Part shown: piece after piece, positions 53,802 to 55,435 of the stretch | Layout of the letters: every line of letters starts with the position of its first letter | Numbering within the stretch: the first letter of the stretch is position 1 | Virus record (IMG/VR): IMGVR_UViG_3300006919_000067 | Span: 1-55,435 of that record | Strand: one strand, 5' to 3' | DNA from: a virus | Lineage: Duplodnaviria > Caudoviricetes | DNA length: 55,435 nucleotides | The notes under the pieces: model-generated | Seen by the model: the letters and a program-made list of their open reading frames with translations, nothing else | What the model was told of the DNA's origin: nothing | The model's database searches: none | Translations under genes and position numbers: made by a program

Positions 53802-55144
53802 CCAAAAACCTTAACATTATATTTGTTTTCAAATAAAATTCCATCATAACGATTATTACAGATAGGTTTTCCTCTAACATTAAGAGAAGTGTTTAGTAAC
53901 ATAGGAACTTTTGTACGTTCATAAAATTCTTCTAATATAGATCTTATGATAGATTTACAATCTTTTCTTACAATCTGAACTCTAGCAGTTCCATCAACAT
54001 GAGTCACTGATTTATAGTCGTGTTTTGCTTTTGAAACATATTGCATGTACTCGTTCATTGGACCTTCAAAATATTCATCAGCAAACTCTTCTAGTATAGC
54101 AGGAGCGAATGGTCTAAAAACTTCTCTTTGTTTTACTCTATTAACAGTATCTTTTATATCATATATAGGGTTAGCCAAGAAGCTCCGATTTCCTAACGCT
54201 CTGGGTCCAAACTCAGCTTTTCCGTGAATAACTCCACACATTCCCTTGTCTAGTAATATATTAACAACTCTTTTAGGATTTATATCAGTAATATTTTCAA
54301 ATCCAAGATAAGGATCTATCCAGTTTATTCTGTCTTTACCTGTGGCTAAAGCATAGCTTCTAGCAGCAGCGCCCAAAGCCCCACCACCATCCGTAGGGTT
54401 TATCGCTATCCACATGTCATCGAACAAATCACGAACCAAAGAATTGGCAACAACGTTTTGTGCAACACCCCCTGCATAGCAAAGCTTACTGCCATATTTT
54501 CTAGCATTCTTTGCTAGTCTAAGTATTTCTTGTTCTGCCCATTTCTGTACTGTAGCAGCAGCATCTTCTTTTTTTATACTTTTTAGGATTTTAACATTTT
54601 CAACATCTACATCAGCAGGTTCGCCAAAACTAGCCATCCCCATCACGATATATTCTTCTTCTAAAGGTTTATAACCCAATGCCTTTGTTGCCATTGCGTA
54701 TACTCCACCAATAGATTTTGGTATAACCTCTTCGTGTAATAGATTAAAGTTGTGGTCAAATATTGTTGCTGATTGATATTCTCCTGCCCCATCAATATTC
54801 AGCATTACAGTATCTTCACTTGAACTCCAAGGTCTTGTGTAGTATGAAGATGCGGCATGACTTTCATGATGCACCATACAACCAACTTTTGTGTTCACTT
54901 GAGTTTCGATATCTTGAATATTATATTCTTTAACATATGAATGATTCTTTCTAAGACTTGGATCTTCATACCAAGTCACAGAATCTTCTTTCGATATCAT
55001 GTCTATGAGTTTCCAATGAAGCGATGGATCATTTTTTCTTTTAGAAAATCTTTCGCTTTCTCCAACAAAACCTAAATCACCATTCTCTTCTACAAATGCT
55101 ATAGCTGCATTATGTAAACCACCACTAATACCACAATATTTCAT
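53798..55144 (-). CDS. Carbamoyltransferase (NodU/CmcH/TobZ family)
   Basis: ESERFSKRKND, HHESHAAS, IDGAGE, AGGVAQN, EFGPRALGNRS, FRPFAP, HVDGTARVQ and LLNTSLN motifs. Confidence 0.93.
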   Translation of the reverse strand: MKYCGISGGLHNAAIAFVEENGDLGFVGESERFSKRKNDPSLHWKLIDMISKEDSVTWYEDPSLRKNHSYVKEYNIQDIETQVNTKVGCMVHHESHAASSYYTRPWSSSEDTVMLNIDGAGEYQSATIFDHNFNLLHEEVIPKSIGGVYAMATKALGYKPLEEEYIVMGMASFGEPADVDVENVKILKSIKKEDAAATVQKWAEQEILRLAKNARKYGSKLCYAGGVAQNVVANSLVRDLFDDMWIAINPTDGGGALGAAARSYALATGKDRINWIDPYLGFENITDINPKRVVNILLDKGMCGVIHGKAEFGPRALGNRSFLANPIYDIKDTVNRVKQREVFRPFAPAILEEFADEYFEGPMNEYMQYVSKAKHDYKSVTHVDGTARVQIVRKDCKSIIRSILEEFYERTKVPMLLNTSLNVRGKPICNNRYDGILFENKYNVKVFG

Positions 55145-55435
55145 TATTCTGTTGCAGTTTCCTCTTTAGGTTCCTCTGCCAAAGCATCTTCATAGTATCC
55201 AATGATAGCCTGTGTATCCTTGATATACCTACGCATTTCTGCAATACCAAGTGCTAGGTTTTCATATCCTTTTGGAGTAATAGCAAAGAAAACCACATTA
55301 CCAGTTTTTTGCTCTAGTTCTGCTAGTTTTTCTTCTAGGTTATCTTCTGTGACAACATACCAATCCACAGGTGGGAACTGTACCGCTTTTGGTCTTTCTT
55401 GGATAGGAATGTTTTGTTTGGCGTATTCAGTCTGA
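55144..55435 (-). CDS. Probable spanin (o-spanin/Rz1-like) protein, 5' end outside the window
   Basis: The frame stays open to the window edge: PIQERPKAVQFPPVDWYVVT...YENLALGIAEMRRYI...IIGYY. Confidence 0.5.
   Translation of the reverse strand, partial: QTEYAKQNIPIQERPKAVQFPPVDWYVVTEDNLEEKLAELEQKTGNVVFFAITPKGYENLALGIAEMRRYIKDTQAIIGYYEDALAEEPKEETATE

Overview
AT-rich segment of a T4-like (Tevenvirinae/Kyanoviridae-style) myovirus genome, probably marine and probably infecting an alphaproteobacterium (inferred). 1-20.2 kb is the baseplate/tail module: DUF4815-like, gp8, gp9-like, gp7-like, gp6, gp25, a gp5 split across separate genes with different murein-hydrolase domains, gp27-like, gp53, gp48, gp4, gp2, gp54-like, gp26, gp51 and a tape-measure-like gene. 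It is followed by gp32 and gp33. 22-35.4 kb is an early/accessory region of small genes behind repeated sigma70 promoter units, with tRNA-Thr(UGU), tRNA-Arg(UCU) and a candidate structured ncRNA. 35.5-46.8 kb is a large glycosyltransferase/methyltransferase/radical-SAM island. The window ends with phoH, rnh, nucleases, a class II (B12-dependent) ribonucleotide reductase and a carbamoyltransferase. Main leads: (1) almost every sigma70 promoter carries a GANTC (CcrM/GcrA-type) site, and several also carry a CtrA-like pseudo-palindrome; (2) a probable -1 programmed frameshift fuses gp26 to gp51 just upstream of the tape-measure gene, as in lambda G/GT; (3) a late-expressed P-loop kinase plus putative RNase pair carries capsid-targeting-like N-termini; (4) an unassigned ~150-nt multi-helix RNA; (5) the glycan island. 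All protein calls come from motif recognition by eye; no searches were run.
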